64,000 bases of DNA from Candidatus Eiseniibacteriota bacterium (GTDB taxonomy: Bacteria; Eisenbacteria; RBG-16-71-46; CAZAMP01): assembly GCA_965224245.1 (NCBI GenBank), contig OZ245046.1, positions 2,084,148 to 2,148,147 of the forward strand. Reading direction: 5' to 3'. The translations under genes were made by a program, and so were the position numbers. The notes under the pieces were generated by a model that worked only from the letters and a program-made list of their open reading frames with translations, made no database searches and was not told where the DNA came from. This document shows, piece by piece, positions 23,524 to 33,072 of this stretch. Position 1 is the first letter of the stretch. Each line of letters begins with the position of its first letter.

Positions 23524-24813
23524 TCAGTAGGCGTGCCGGCGCATCGCGACGCCCTCGAGGATGCCGGTCAGCGCCATCGTGGCCACGAGGAACGATCCTC
23601 CGTAGCTGATGAACGGTAACGGCAACCCCGTCACCGGCGCCAGTCCCATCGTCATGAACAGATTCACGAACACGTGGTACGCGAGCAATCCCACCGTGCC
23701 CGCGGCCAGGAGGCTCGCGAATCGGTCTCGCGCCAGGAACGCGATGCGCACACCTCGGATCAGCACGAGAAGAAACAGCCCCATGACCCCGACGCTGCCC
23801 ACGAAGCCGAGCTCTTCCCCGACCACCGAGAACACGAAGTCGGTGTGCTGCTGCGGCAGATAGGCCAGGGCCTTCTGGGTTCCCTTCATGTAGCCCTTGC
23901 CGGTCAGCTCGCCCGACCCGATCGCGATCTTCGACTGGATGACCTGATACCCGGCCCCCGATGGATCCCGCCCCGGGTTCAGGAACGTCAGCACGCGGCT
24001 GCGCTGGTAGTCCTCCAGCCGATGCCAGGCATGCGGCGCGGCGAGCCCGACGCCGACGTGGACCACGAGCGTCAGCGCCACCAGGTGGCGCGCGGTTCCA
24101 CGCCAGGTGGAGATCATCACCACCACGATCAGAAACGCGGTCCACAGCACCAGGAGCAGCGCGATCTCGCCAGTGCGGGTCACGGTCCCGGCGCTCTGGG
24201 CGGGGTCCAGCGCCACGCCGAACGGGGGCAGTCGAAACGTCATCAGTCCGGTCACGCCGAGCGCGGCCAGGTAGACGAGCCACGAGAACGGGGTCCCGGC
24301 CCAGAAGAGCGTGGCCACCACCAGCCCCACGAACGCGAGCGCCGTGCCCAGGTCCGGCTGGTTCAGGATGAGCCCCATCGGCAGGAGCGCCAGCAGGAGA
24401 ACGCGCAGAATCGTCCCCGGTCGCGTCGGATCCACGCGCTTGCCGGCCAGAAAGCGCGCGATGACGATCAGCGTCGCGACCTTCGCCATCTCCGACGGCT
24501 GAATCCGGAGCGGCCCGAGATAGAGCCACCGCTTCGCGCCGAAGCCGCTCACGCCGAACACGGCGACCAGGATCAACAGGATGATGCTCGTCGCGTAGAA
24601 CACGTAGGCCATCGAATCGAGGTATCGATACGGGAGCGACGCAGCGGCCACGAAGACCCCGATCCCAACACCCAGCGCCAGGAGGTGCCGGATGAACAGA
24701 GGATCGCGCGGCGATCCGGACGTCGTGCTGTGGATCACCGCGACGCCGACGACCGACAGGAGCAGCACGGCGATCAGGAGCCACCAGTCGGCGTATCGAA
24801 GGCGGCGTCTCAT
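23524..24813 (-). CDS. rodA: peptidoglycan glycosyltransferase RodA (SEDS family)
   Basis: Internal ATG at 24811-24813 (ATGA overlap with the mrdA stop) gives 'MRRRLRYADWWLLIAVLLLS...'; SEDS motifs 'IQPSEMAKV', 'HTDFVFSVVGEELGF'; the listed ORF has a long Arg-rich spurious extension. Confidence 0.85.
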   Translation of the reverse strand: MRRRLRYADWWLLIAVLLLSVVGVAVIHSTTSGSPRDPLFIRHLLALGVGIGVFVAAASLPYRYLDSMAYVFYATSIILLILVAVFGVSGFGAKRWLYLGPLRIQPSEMAKVATLIVIARFLAGKRVDPTRPGTILRVLLLALLPMGLILNQPDLGTALAFVGLVVATLFWAGTPFSWLVYLAALGVTGLMTFRLPPFGVALDPAQSAGTVTRTGEIALLLVLWTAFLIVVVMISTWRGTARHLVALTLVVHVGVGLAAPHAWHRLEDYQRSRVLTFLNPGRDPSGAGYQVIQSKIAIGSGELTGKGYMKGTQKALAYLPQQHTDFVFSVVGEELGFVGSVGVMGLFLLVLIRGVRIAFLARDRFASLLAAGTVGLLAYHVFVNLFMTMGLAPVTGLPLPFISYGGSFLVATMALTGILEGVAMRRHAY

Positions 24814-26681
24814 CCGACCGTCCCGTCCACGTCGCCGGCCAGGTGTGCGTCGCGCCAGTCTCGGTAGCGCTTCCAGAACTCGGCGGCGACCGGTGCGGCC
24901 ACGGCTCCCCCGTGCCCTCGTCGTTCGAGGATGACCACGAGCGCGACCTCGGGCTCGTCGGCGGGCGCAAAGGACACGAAGAGTGCATGGTCCTCGCCGT
25001 GCGGGTTCTGCGACGTGCCGGTCTTGCCGGCCACCGCGAGGCCGTCGATGCGAAGCGTGCGCGCGGTGCCGTTGGTGTCGGTGACGACCCGGCGCATCAT
25101 CCCGCGGACCTGGCCCAGCCAGCCCGCCAGATGCCGCGCGATCTCCGGGGGGGGCTCCGATCCGGGACGTCCGACCCCGGGCCGCTCCACCAGATGCGGA
25201 CGCACCAGACGCCCATCGTTGGCGATCGTGGCCACGTGCGACGCGAGCGCGAGGGGCGTCATCAGGAACTCTCCCTGGCCGATCGCCATGTTCAGTGCGG
25301 CCCCTCGGCTCCAGCCCCGCGATCCGTAGCGATCGGTCAGGTACGCCGCGTCGGGGACGAGCCCGCGTTCCTCGCCCCGGATGTCGATGCCGGTACGCCT
25401 GGCCACGCCGAACGCGTTGGCGTAGCGTGCGATCCCATCGACGCCCAGCATGTCGCCGAGCTGGTAGAAGTAGACGTCGCAGGACTGCGCCAGCGCGCCC
25501 GAGAGCGAGAGCGTGCCGTGGCCCGAGCGCTTCCAGCAGCCGAACGAGCGATTGCCGTAGCGGAACGACCCCCAGCACGGGCTCAGCTCCGTGGACGCAC
25601 GCACGAGCCCCGAGTCGAGCGCGGCGATCGCGATCAACATCTTGAACGTCGATCCCGGCGGGTAGCGGCCCTTCAGGACCCGGTTCAACAGCGGCTTCTC
25701 CGCGTCGGTGGAGAGCGCCGTCCAGCTCGCACGCCCCAGACCGGCCGCGAACTGGTTGGGGTCGAACGTCGGCCTGGAGGCCATCGCGAGGATGGCGCCG
25801 GTGTGGACGTCGAGCGCCACGCCCGCCCCGACGATGGGGGCCCCCCGACGCGGAGCCACCACGGCCACGCTGTCGGTTGCGTCGAGCGCGTTCTCGAGCG
25901 CTCGCTGCAGGTCGAGGTCGATCGTCAGTACCAGATCCTCGCCCGGGACCGCCGGTGTGGGTGTCCTGACGCTCGAGAAGTTCCGGGCGCGGCCGAACGC
26001 GTCGACCTCGACGTAGCTGACGCCGTTGCGCCCGTGGAGGGCGCGATCGAACGCCTCCTCGATCGCCGTCTTGCCCACCTGGTCGTCGGGCTCGTAGCCC
26101 TCCTCGGCCCGGTCCCGGTACTCGTCCGGACTGATCTCGCCGACGTATCCCAGGAGGTGCGCGGCGAGCTTGCCGTGCGGATAGCGGCGAAGCGGCTCCA
26201 CGCGCAGATCCACCCCCGGCAGCTCGGCCAGCGCCTCCGCGACCCGGGCCACGGCCTTCTCGGGAATGTTCTGAGCGACGCGAACGGGCAGATAGCTGCG
26301 GCGCCGGGCCGAGGCCACGCCGTCGAAGATCTCCGCCGAGTCGCGGTCCACGATCGCGGCGACGCGGCCGATCATCTCGGCGAGCCGATCCCCGCCCCGG
26401 AGCTCGGGTGCGTGGGGGTTGATCGTGACCACGAAGCTGGCGAAGTTGTCCACCAGCACGCGCCCCTGGCGGTCGAGGATGTGGCCGCGGCGCGCTCGGA
26501 GGACCTCCTTGCGGAACCGATTGTGGTCGGACATCTCGCGATTGTCCGAGCCCTCGATGACCTGAAGCTCGAAGAGCCGCCCCGCACCGGTCAGGAAGAT
26601 CGCGACCAGCGCGACCGAGAGCCCGATCATGCGACGCCGCCGTGCATCCTCGTTTCCGTACGCTCTCACCGCGCCCCCCAT
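24810..26681 (-). CDS. mrdA: penicillin-binding protein 2 (elongasome transpeptidase)
   Basis: 623-aa ORF with N-terminal anchor, dimerisation domain and transpeptidase motifs 'STFK', 'SRG', 'KTGT'. Confidence 0.9.
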   Translation of the reverse strand: MGGAVRAYGNEDARRRRMIGLSVALVAIFLTGAGRLFELQVIEGSDNREMSDHNRFRKEVLRARRGHILDRQGRVLVDNFASFVVTINPHAPELRGGDRLAEMIGRVAAIVDRDSAEIFDGVASARRRSYLPVRVAQNIPEKAVARVAEALAELPGVDLRVEPLRRYPHGKLAAHLLGYVGEISPDEYRDRAEEGYEPDDQVGKTAIEEAFDRALHGRNGVSYVEVDAFGRARNFSSVRTPTPAVPGEDLVLTIDLDLQRALENALDATDSVAVVAPRRGAPIVGAGVALDVHTGAILAMASRPTFDPNQFAAGLGRASWTALSTDAEKPLLNRVLKGRYPPGSTFKMLIAIAALDSGLVRASTELSPCWGSFRYGNRSFGCWKRSGHGTLSLSGALAQSCDVYFYQLGDMLGVDGIARYANAFGVARRTGIDIRGEERGLVPDAAYLTDRYGSRGWSRGAALNMAIGQGEFLMTPLALASHVATIANDGRLVRPHLVERPGVGRPGSEPPPEIARHLAGWLGQVRGMMRRVVTDTNGTARTLRIDGLAVAGKTGTSQNPHGEDHALFVSFAPADEPEVALVVILERRGHGGAVAAPVAAEFWKRYRDWRDAHLAGDVDGTVG

Positions 26682-27169
26682 CGAACGCGCCGCGGGATGA
26701 GGTGCCGTCCCACCAGTGCGAAGATCACCGCCGCCGCCACCAGGGTGTACAGGACGTCCGGGACGCGCGCCACGAAGAACTCCGCGAGGCCCACGAGCGG
26801 ACGTGTCAGGTGACGTGCGGTCGTGACCACGATCGCGTCGGTCAGCCCCGCGGCCGCCAGCAGGATGACCTGCACCGGGAGGCTCGTCGAGTCGACGTGC
26901 TCGGCGGCTCGTCCGAGTAGCCAGGCGGTGATCGACAGCGAGAGGGCGCGGGCGCCGAGATACTCCGGGGTCGACACGTCCAGAAACAGCCCCGACACGA
27001 ACCCCGCCCAGACGCCGACGTTCCCGCCGAAGCGCAGCGTGACCACGAACACGCCCATCAGCGCGAAGTCGGGTCGAACGCCCCGGATCGCGACGGCGTC
27101 CGGGAGCTTGTCGTGAATCACCAGCGCGGGCACCAGGATCGCCACGACCCGCCAGATCACGTCACGCAT
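26666..27169 (-). CDS. mreD: rod shape-determining protein MreD
   Basis: 167-aa polytopic membrane protein directly downstream of mreC; call rests on position and hydrophobicity. Confidence 0.7.
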   Translation of the reverse strand: MRDVIWRVVAILVPALVIHDKLPDAVAIRGVRPDFALMGVFVVTLRFGGNVGVWAGFVSGLFLDVSTPEYLGARALSLSITAWLLGRAAEHVDSTSLPVQVILLAAAGLTDAIVVTTARHLTRPLVGLAEFFVARVPDVLYTLVAAAVIFALVGRHLIPRRVRWGAR

Positions 27170-27200
27170 GTCGAAGATCCGTTCGGCGTGCGGCCGCGCG

Positions 27201-28037
27201 TCATGGCGTCAACCCCTCCGGCAGCTCGTCCAGCGTCGGCTGTCCCGGCGTCAGGAACACCTCCTCGAGCCGGGAGAACTCGACGAAGGGGTCCACCCAC
27301 ACCCGGCGGATGAGCTCGTTGTCCGACGGCTCCACGCGCGTGACCGTCCCCACCGGGATCCCTTTCGGAAAGATCGTGCCCAGCCCGCTCGTGACGAGCG
27401 TGTCGCCGGGCGCGACGTCCTCCTGCGTGGGCACGTGGTCCAGCCGGAGGCGCCGGCCGCCGGGCCCTTCGGAGCGCACGACGCCGGCGACCCGGCTTCG
27501 CCGGGTCAGGACGTGGACGGCGCTCCGCGAGGACGCCAGCGAGCGAACGAGCGCGAAGCCCAGACCGCGCTCCACCACGTGCCCGACCAGGCCGTCGGGC
27601 GTCAGCGCGACCAGCGACCGCGAGGCCAGCGAGTCGGGCAACGAGACCCGGAGCGTCAGGTAGTTCCAGTCCCGGTTGACGTCCTGACCGCGACCCACGA
27701 CACGCGCCGCGATGAGCGTGTCCGAACGCTGGGCGCGAAACCCCAGGAGCGCCGTCAGGCGCTCGTTCTCGGCCGAGGCCTCCACGAGACGTGCGATGTC
27801 CTGCTCGGCATCGGCCAGCGCCCGGCGGAGCTCCTCGTTCTCGGCCCGCACCTCCCACAGGTCCTTCAGGGTCGCGTCGACGGCGCCGGCCGGGTACAAG
27901 ATGGACGCACGGATCCCACGCACCAGCGACAGCTGAACGGTGTCGCCGAGAGAGAGGAAGAGAATCGACAAGAACGTCGTCGTGGCGAGAGGGCCCCAGC
28001 TCTGCCACCAGTGGGCGGGAATGAACCGCCAGATCAT
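27201..28037 (-). CDS. mreC: rod shape-determining protein MreC
   Basis: N-terminal anchor, coiled coil 'ENEELRRALADAEQD', C-terminal beta domain 'TSGLGTIFPKGIPVGTV'. Confidence 0.85.
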   Translation of the reverse strand: MIWRFIPAHWWQSWGPLATTTFLSILFLSLGDTVQLSLVRGIRASILYPAGAVDATLKDLWEVRAENEELRRALADAEQDIARLVEASAENERLTALLGFRAQRSDTLIAARVVGRGQDVNRDWNYLTLRVSLPDSLASRSLVALTPDGLVGHVVERGLGFALVRSLASSRSAVHVLTRRSRVAGVVRSEGPGGRRLRLDHVPTQEDVAPGDTLVTSGLGTIFPKGIPVGTVTRVEPSDNELIRRVWVDPFVEFSRLEEVFLTPGQPTLDELPEGLTP

Positions 28038-28125
28038 CGAATGCGTTCCTCGACCGAGTGGGACTTCGAGCCGCCCTCGAGCCCGCCCCCGGCGCGACGC
28101 GGGGTCGCGGGCCGGGGACGTGCCG

Positions 28126-29175
28126 TCAGCTCATGCTCCTCATGAGGACTTTCTCGTACTCCTCGAACTTCTCGTGGATTCGACCGGCCCCGAGCACCAC
28201 GCAGAGCAGGGGATCCTCGGCCACGAGGATGTTGAGGTTGGTGGCTTCCTTGAGGAGCTGGTCGAGGCCGCGCAGGAGCGCGCCGCCGCCGGTGAGCACG
28301 ATGCCGCGATCGACGATGTCGGCGGCGAGTTCGGGCGGCGTCCGCTCGAGCGTCTGCTTGAGTGCCTCGACGATCGAGTCGATGGGCTCCTTCAGCGCTT
28401 CGCGCACCTCGACGCTGGAGATCTTGATGCTCTTGGGGATGCCCGTGATCAGATCGCGCCCCTTGATCTCCATCTCTTCTTCCGGGTCGATCGGAAACGC
28501 CGATCCGATCTTGATCTTGATCTGCTCGGCGGTCTGATCCCCGATCAGGACGTTGTAGGCGCGCTTGACGTACTGGACCACGGCCTCGTCCGCCTTGTCG
28601 CCCGCGACGCGAACGCTGGTCGCGTTCACGATGCCGTTGAGCGTCATGACCGCGATCTCGCTGGTGCCGCCCCCGATGTCCAGGATCATGTTGCCGCAGG
28701 GCTTGCTGACCGGCAGCCCCACGCCGATGGCCGCCGCGATCGGCTCGGGCACGAGGTACACTTCGCGGGCCCCGGCCTGCTCGGCCGAGTCGCGGACGGC
28801 GCGCTTCTCGACCTCGGTGATGCCCGACGGAACCGAGATGATCACGCGCGGCCGCACCAGGAACCGCGACGTGATGACGCGGGAGATGAAGCGACGCAGG
28901 AGCTGCTCGGTGCTCTCGAAGTCGGCGATGACGCCGTCCTTCAACGGGCGAACCGCCTCGATCGTGCCGGGCACCTTCCCGACCATCGCCTTGGCGTCCT
29001 TGCCCACCGCGACGACCTTGCCGGTACTCTTCTCGACCGCCACCACCGAGGGCTCGTTCAGCACGAGGCCCTGGCCCTTGACGTAGACGAGCGTGTTGGC
29101 AGTGCCCAGGTCGATCGCGATGTTGTTGGTAAACATCGTCTTGAGACGATTGAACACGCTGGCGTTCCTCTTCAT
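28126..29175 (-). CDS. mreB: rod shape-determining protein MreB
   Basis: 'IAIDLGTANTLVYVKGQGLVLNEPSVVAV...DIGGGTSEIAV...LTGGGALLRGLD' aligns with E. coli MreB; start set at Met-18 of the listed ORF, Met-14 (29187) is equally possible. Confidence 0.9.
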   Translation of the reverse strand: MKRNASVFNRLKTMFTNNIAIDLGTANTLVYVKGQGLVLNEPSVVAVEKSTGKVVAVGKDAKAMVGKVPGTIEAVRPLKDGVIADFESTEQLLRRFISRVITSRFLVRPRVIISVPSGITEVEKRAVRDSAEQAGAREVYLVPEPIAAAIGVGLPVSKPCGNMILDIGGGTSEIAVMTLNGIVNATSVRVAGDKADEAVVQYVKRAYNVLIGDQTAEQIKIKIGSAFPIDPEEEMEIKGRDLITGIPKSIKISSVEVREALKEPIDSIVEALKQTLERTPPELAADIVDRGIVLTGGGALLRGLDQLLKEATNLNILVAEDPLLCVVLGAGRIHEKFEEYEKVLMRSMS

Positions 29176-29489
29176 GGTGGTCGTCATCGCGGGGTGGGAT
29201 CCTTTCGGTAGGAAGCGCGGCGACAATCGCCGCGGAACGTATCAGCCCCTTCCGTACAGCCGCAATACCTTTTCAATCGGACCACTCGCGTAACATCCTG
29301 AATCCGCTGATCTTGACCGGCCACACCGTCGGTGCTAGCGTCCGTCCCCCGACGCACCCGACGTCGTGACACGGCGTTCCGGCGATCGCGGCGGGAACCG
29401 CCGCGCGAGATCGCGGTTCAGACGGCTATGGACTCCAATCCTCGTCTCAGCGCCGCGCGGTGCGGCGCGCGAAACGGAAGGGTCGATCG

Positions 29490-29942
29490 ATGAAGCACTT
29501 CCTCATCGCCGTGACGGCGATCGCCCTGGCCGTCGGTCTCGCCGCGGGCCCGGCCTCGGCCCAGGACGAGCTGACCGGCTACACCGGCGTCGTCCGCGTT
29601 CAGGGGCAGCTCGACGGCTCACCCGCCGCGACGGTTCGCGCCTACGTCAGCGGCTTGCTGGTCGCCGAGGCCGAAGCCGGTCCCACGGGGTCGTACACGA
29701 TCGAGTTCGAGGTCTCGGGCGCGGTCGATCAGACCGTGGTCGTCTGGTTCATCCCCTCGGACGAGGACAAGGTGCCCGATCTCCTGATCCTGAAGGAGAG
29801 CTCGCGGGCCCGACGCAACCAGGTGTGGAACCCGTGTCTGCCGCGCGCCAAGGCCCAGGACCTCGTGCTGTACGACTGCCAGTTCAAGAGCGAGAAGGAC
29901 TACTTCGACGCCCTCGAGGGCAACGACTGCTGGAACGAGTAG
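29490..29942 (+). CDS. hypothetical secreted protein
   Basis: ATG at 29490 (GGAAGGG 8 nt upstream); signal peptide 'MKHFLIAVTAIALAVGLAAGPASA'; four Cys in the mature part; high GC3. Confidence 0.6.
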   Translation: MKHFLIAVTAIALAVGLAAGPASAQDELTGYTGVVRVQGQLDGSPAATVRAYVSGLLVAEAEAGPTGSYTIEFEVSGAVDQTVVVWFIPSDEDKVPDLLILKESSRARRNQVWNPCLPRAKAQDLVLYDCQFKSEKDYFDALEGNDCWNE

Positions 29943-29988
29943 TCACGCCCGGGCCGGCCGCCGCCCGGCCGATCCGACGGGCCGGGAC

Positions 29989-30813
29989 CTACATGGCCCT
30001 CGCGCGATAGGCGGCACGGAACCGATCGGCCAGGTCGGCATCGCGCCCCTCGGCCCACTCCCCGACGCGTACCCACGCTCTCGCGTGAATGAACCGGTCC
30101 CGGTCCAGCGCCAGACCGACGTGGCTGGCCCGCTCGCCCTCACCCCAGAAGATCACGTCGCCGGGGCGAAGGTCGGCCCGCTGGACGCGATCGCCGCGGG
30201 TGCGAAACCACTCCTCCTGCTGCCACGAATCGCGTGGCGCCGGCAGCCCGCCGGCGACCAGCGCCATCTGGACGAGGCCCGAACAGTCGACGCCGCTCGG
30301 CGTGCGCCCGCCCCATCGGTACGGGGTGCCCAGGAGCGCCGAGGCCAGCGCCAGCGACGTGGTTCCGACGTGAACGTCGTCGGCGTAGAACGGTCGTTCG
30401 GCGTCGGCGGGCACCTCGCCCGGCGTGCCGTCCGGGAGCACCACCGCATGTCCGCGGTGCGAGCGCCCTTCGCGGCGCAGGACGCCCCCGTACACCCAGG
30501 TCCGGATGGGGACCCCTTCGCGCGTGCGAACGATCGTCTCGCGCGCGCCGACGCGCACCGGAGACGGTCCGGGCCAGGTCGTGTCGACCCGGACGGTCTG
30601 CTCGGCGGGGACCCAGCCGGAGTATCGGTCGGGCATCGTCACGCGGAGCCACGTGTCGCCGTCCACGACGCGGACCTCCCCGACGTCGAGGGGCTCGCCG
30701 CCGAGCGCTTCCGAGACGCGCTCGGTCGCGCGGCTCGGCTCTCTTCGGAGCGCGACCAGCCCGACGTTGGGCGCCACGCGGGAGGTGTCGTTCCAATCGG
30801 TTGGTGATGTCAT
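29989..30813 (-). CDS. NlpC/P60 (C40) family peptidoglycan endopeptidase
   Basis: Catalytic 'YRWGGRTPSGVDCSGLVQ' and 'GDVIFWGEG...SHVGLAL'; start set at the ATG that overlaps the upstream gene stop (ATGA). Confidence 0.8.
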   Translation of the reverse strand: MTSPTDWNDTSRVAPNVGLVALRREPSRATERVSEALGGEPLDVGEVRVVDGDTWLRVTMPDRYSGWVPAEQTVRVDTTWPGPSPVRVGARETIVRTREGVPIRTWVYGGVLRREGRSHRGHAVVLPDGTPGEVPADAERPFYADDVHVGTTSLALASALLGTPYRWGGRTPSGVDCSGLVQMALVAGGLPAPRDSWQQEEWFRTRGDRVQRADLRPGDVIFWGEGERASHVGLALDRDRFIHARAWVRVGEWAEGRDADLADRFRAAYRARAM

Positions 30814-32183
30814 CGGAACACCTGTACCAAGTGATAGTCGCCGAGGCCGATCTCGTCGACGAACCGGAATTCGCGCCCGAGCGCCGCGTAATACCACACC
30901 TCGACCCACGGGCGCCCGCCGCTGGACGGAGTCCGGTCGATTCGATCAGGGTGTCCGTTCTGAAGCAACACGAAACCGCGATCGGTCTTCCAGCCCGGCT
31001 GCGTTCCCGTGCCGAAGTGCTGGTTCGCGAAGCGCAGCCGTCGAAAGAAGTCGTCGCGGTACTCGTTGGTCGGCGTGCTCGGATCCGGATCCCGCTCGGC
31101 CCAGAACGCGGCCCAGGCCTCGGCGCGATCCTCGGGGGCGACGTTGCGCAGTTCGTCCAGCTCGTCGTCGCTCGCGATCGCGTCGATGATCTCCAGCGTC
31201 TCGCTGAAGCCGGTACGCAGCGAGAGCAGCGACTCGTCGGCGCTGAACCAGATCTCGCGGTAGATCTCGTGGCTCTCTCGCGGGATCTTGACGCTCACCT
31301 CGACCCGGTAGTCGCCGAAGCCGAGGCTTCCCGTGTCGAGGGGCAGCATCACCAGCGTGCGGAACCCCTCGCAGGGCAGCTCCTCGGTCCGCGCCTGGAG
31401 CGTGCGCTCGTAGTCGTCCACGAGCCGATAGCTCACCCGGTAGCGCTCGCGGCAGCCGTGGGGCGCGTAGAGCTCCCCGACCAGGGTCAGCGACGTGGCG
31501 TCCCGGCCCACCACGCGGCTCACGATCGGGAACCCGAGATCGCCGGCCGGTCGGGCCACGATGCGACTCGCCGGCTCGGCCGATAGATACATCGTGCTCA
31601 GGGTGAACGGGGACTCCGAGATCGAGTCGATCCGGAGATCGCGCTTCACGCGCGAACGCCGTTCGGTTCCGGGTTGTCCGAGCTCCACCTGGAGCTGATA
31701 CCGGCCCGGGTCGAGCCGGATGGGAATGACCTGCAGCACGTGCCGATCCTCGGACACCGGATCGTCCACCGTGACCGACTGGGTCAGGACGTCGCCGTCC
31801 ACCTGCGTGCCGCCGCGCCGAACCTGCCACGCCACCACGTACTCGGTGGACGTCTCCCCGGGCTCGAAGAACAGGTGCGTGACCGCCAGGTCGAGTGTGA
31901 TCCAGACCGTGCCCTGGTCGCTGCCCTCGGTGTGGAAGACGAGAACGTCGGCCGTGAAGGGGTGGTTGCCGGCCGCCTCGAGAGGCGGCGGCTCCGCCCC
32001 CGCGGGACGGGGGCCGCCGATTGCGATCAGGGCCGCCAGAACAGCGACGCCGAGCGCGTGGTGGCCGCTCCACCGTCGCGCACGCGGCCCGGCGCGGCGC
32101 GAGGGGTGGCGACGCCGTCCGCGCCGAATGCCGGGGATCCGGTGCGCCGGCGTCGAAACGTCCGCTGTCGACATCGAGGTCAC
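30810..32183 (-). CDS. GWxTD domain-containing protein
   Basis: 457-aa ORF with signal peptide and the eponymous motif 'QPGWKTDRGFVLLQNGHPD'. Confidence 0.75.
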   Translation of the reverse strand: MTSMSTADVSTPAHRIPGIRRGRRRHPSRRAGPRARRWSGHHALGVAVLAALIAIGGPRPAGAEPPPLEAAGNHPFTADVLVFHTEGSDQGTVWITLDLAVTHLFFEPGETSTEYVVAWQVRRGGTQVDGDVLTQSVTVDDPVSEDRHVLQVIPIRLDPGRYQLQVELGQPGTERRSRVKRDLRIDSISESPFTLSTMYLSAEPASRIVARPAGDLGFPIVSRVVGRDATSLTLVGELYAPHGCRERYRVSYRLVDDYERTLQARTEELPCEGFRTLVMLPLDTGSLGFGDYRVEVSVKIPRESHEIYREIWFSADESLLSLRTGFSETLEIIDAIASDDELDELRNVAPEDRAEAWAAFWAERDPDPSTPTNEYRDDFFRRLRFANQHFGTGTQPGWKTDRGFVLLQNGHPDRIDRTPSSGGRPWVEVWYYAALGREFRFVDEIGLGDYHLVQVFR

Positions 32184-32190
32184 TCCGATC

Positions 32191-33072
32191 TCATCCGTAT
32201 GCGCGCCGGACGGTCTCTGTCAGCAGTCGGCGAAACGAGGCCGAAACCTTACCCGCGATCTCGGTGACCTCGTCGTGTGTGAGCTTGTGGGGCGAGAGGC
32301 CCGTGCCGAGGTTGCTGATGCACGAGATGGCCAGCACCTCCGGACCCGACAGTCGCGCCGCGATCGCCTCGGGCACGGTGGACATGCAGGCCGCATCGCC
32401 CCCCAACCACCGGTACAGCCGGACCTCGGCCGGGGTTTCGTACGAGGGACCGCGTCCGAACACGAGACACCCTTCGCGAAGCGCGATTCCGGTCGCGGCC
32501 GCCGCCTCGTGGGCGGCCGCGCGCAGACGTGGCGAGTAGAGCCAGTCACCGCCGAGTGCATCCCCACGGGCACCGCCGCGGCCCGCGGGCACGAGCGAGG
32601 CGACGTCGCCGCCGGCGATCGTCGGGGTCAGCCCGAGGCTGATGTGGTCGGCCACGAGCATCAGGCTTCCGGGCGTCAGATCCGACCGCATCGCGCCGGC
32701 CGCGTTGGTCAGCACGACGCCCCGCACCCCGAGGGCGGCCATCACGCGCACCATGTGCGTCACGGCCCCTGCGTCGTATCCCTCGTACCGATGTACGCGC
32801 CCCTGGAGCACCACGACCGGCACGCCCTCGACCCGACCCGCCACCACCCGACCCGCGTGACCGGCGACGGTGCTCACCGGCACGTGGGGCAGCGCGTCGG
32901 TCGGGACCGCGCGGGCGTCGTCCAGGGCGTCGGCGAACGGGCCCAGGCCCGAGCCGAGGACGACGCCGGCCCGGGGCTCGGCCTCGTCGGAGAGGCCGAG
33001 CGCGTCCCGCACCGCATCGGCGGTCTCACGAACCCGACGAGGCGGGACGACCCGGTCCAACGCGACCTCCAC
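32191..33072 (-). CDS. purine nucleoside phosphorylase (PNP/MTAP family)
   Basis: 'GVVLGSGLG', 'TVAGHAGRVVAGRVEGVPVVVLQGRVHRYEGY', 'CMSTVPEAIAA'. Confidence 0.85.
   Translation of the reverse strand: MEVALDRVVPPRRVRETADAVRDALGLSDEAEPRAGVVLGSGLGPFADALDDARAVPTDALPHVPVSTVAGHAGRVVAGRVEGVPVVVLQGRVHRYEGYDAGAVTHMVRVMAALGVRGVVLTNAAGAMRSDLTPGSLMLVADHISLGLTPTIAGGDVASLVPAGRGGARGDALGGDWLYSPRLRAAAHEAAAATGIALREGCLVFGRGPSYETPAEVRLYRWLGGDAACMSTVPEAIAARLSGPEVLAISCISNLGTGLSPHKLTHDEVTEIAGKVSASFRRLLTETVRRAYG

Noticed and set aside
29176-29489. 314-bp intergenic region considered for a small RNA (SRP RNA, 6S, tmRNA)
   Set aside because: No conserved motif of those RNAs recognised; most simply a divergent promoter region (a TTGACC-17-TAGCGT element sits at 29313-29341).
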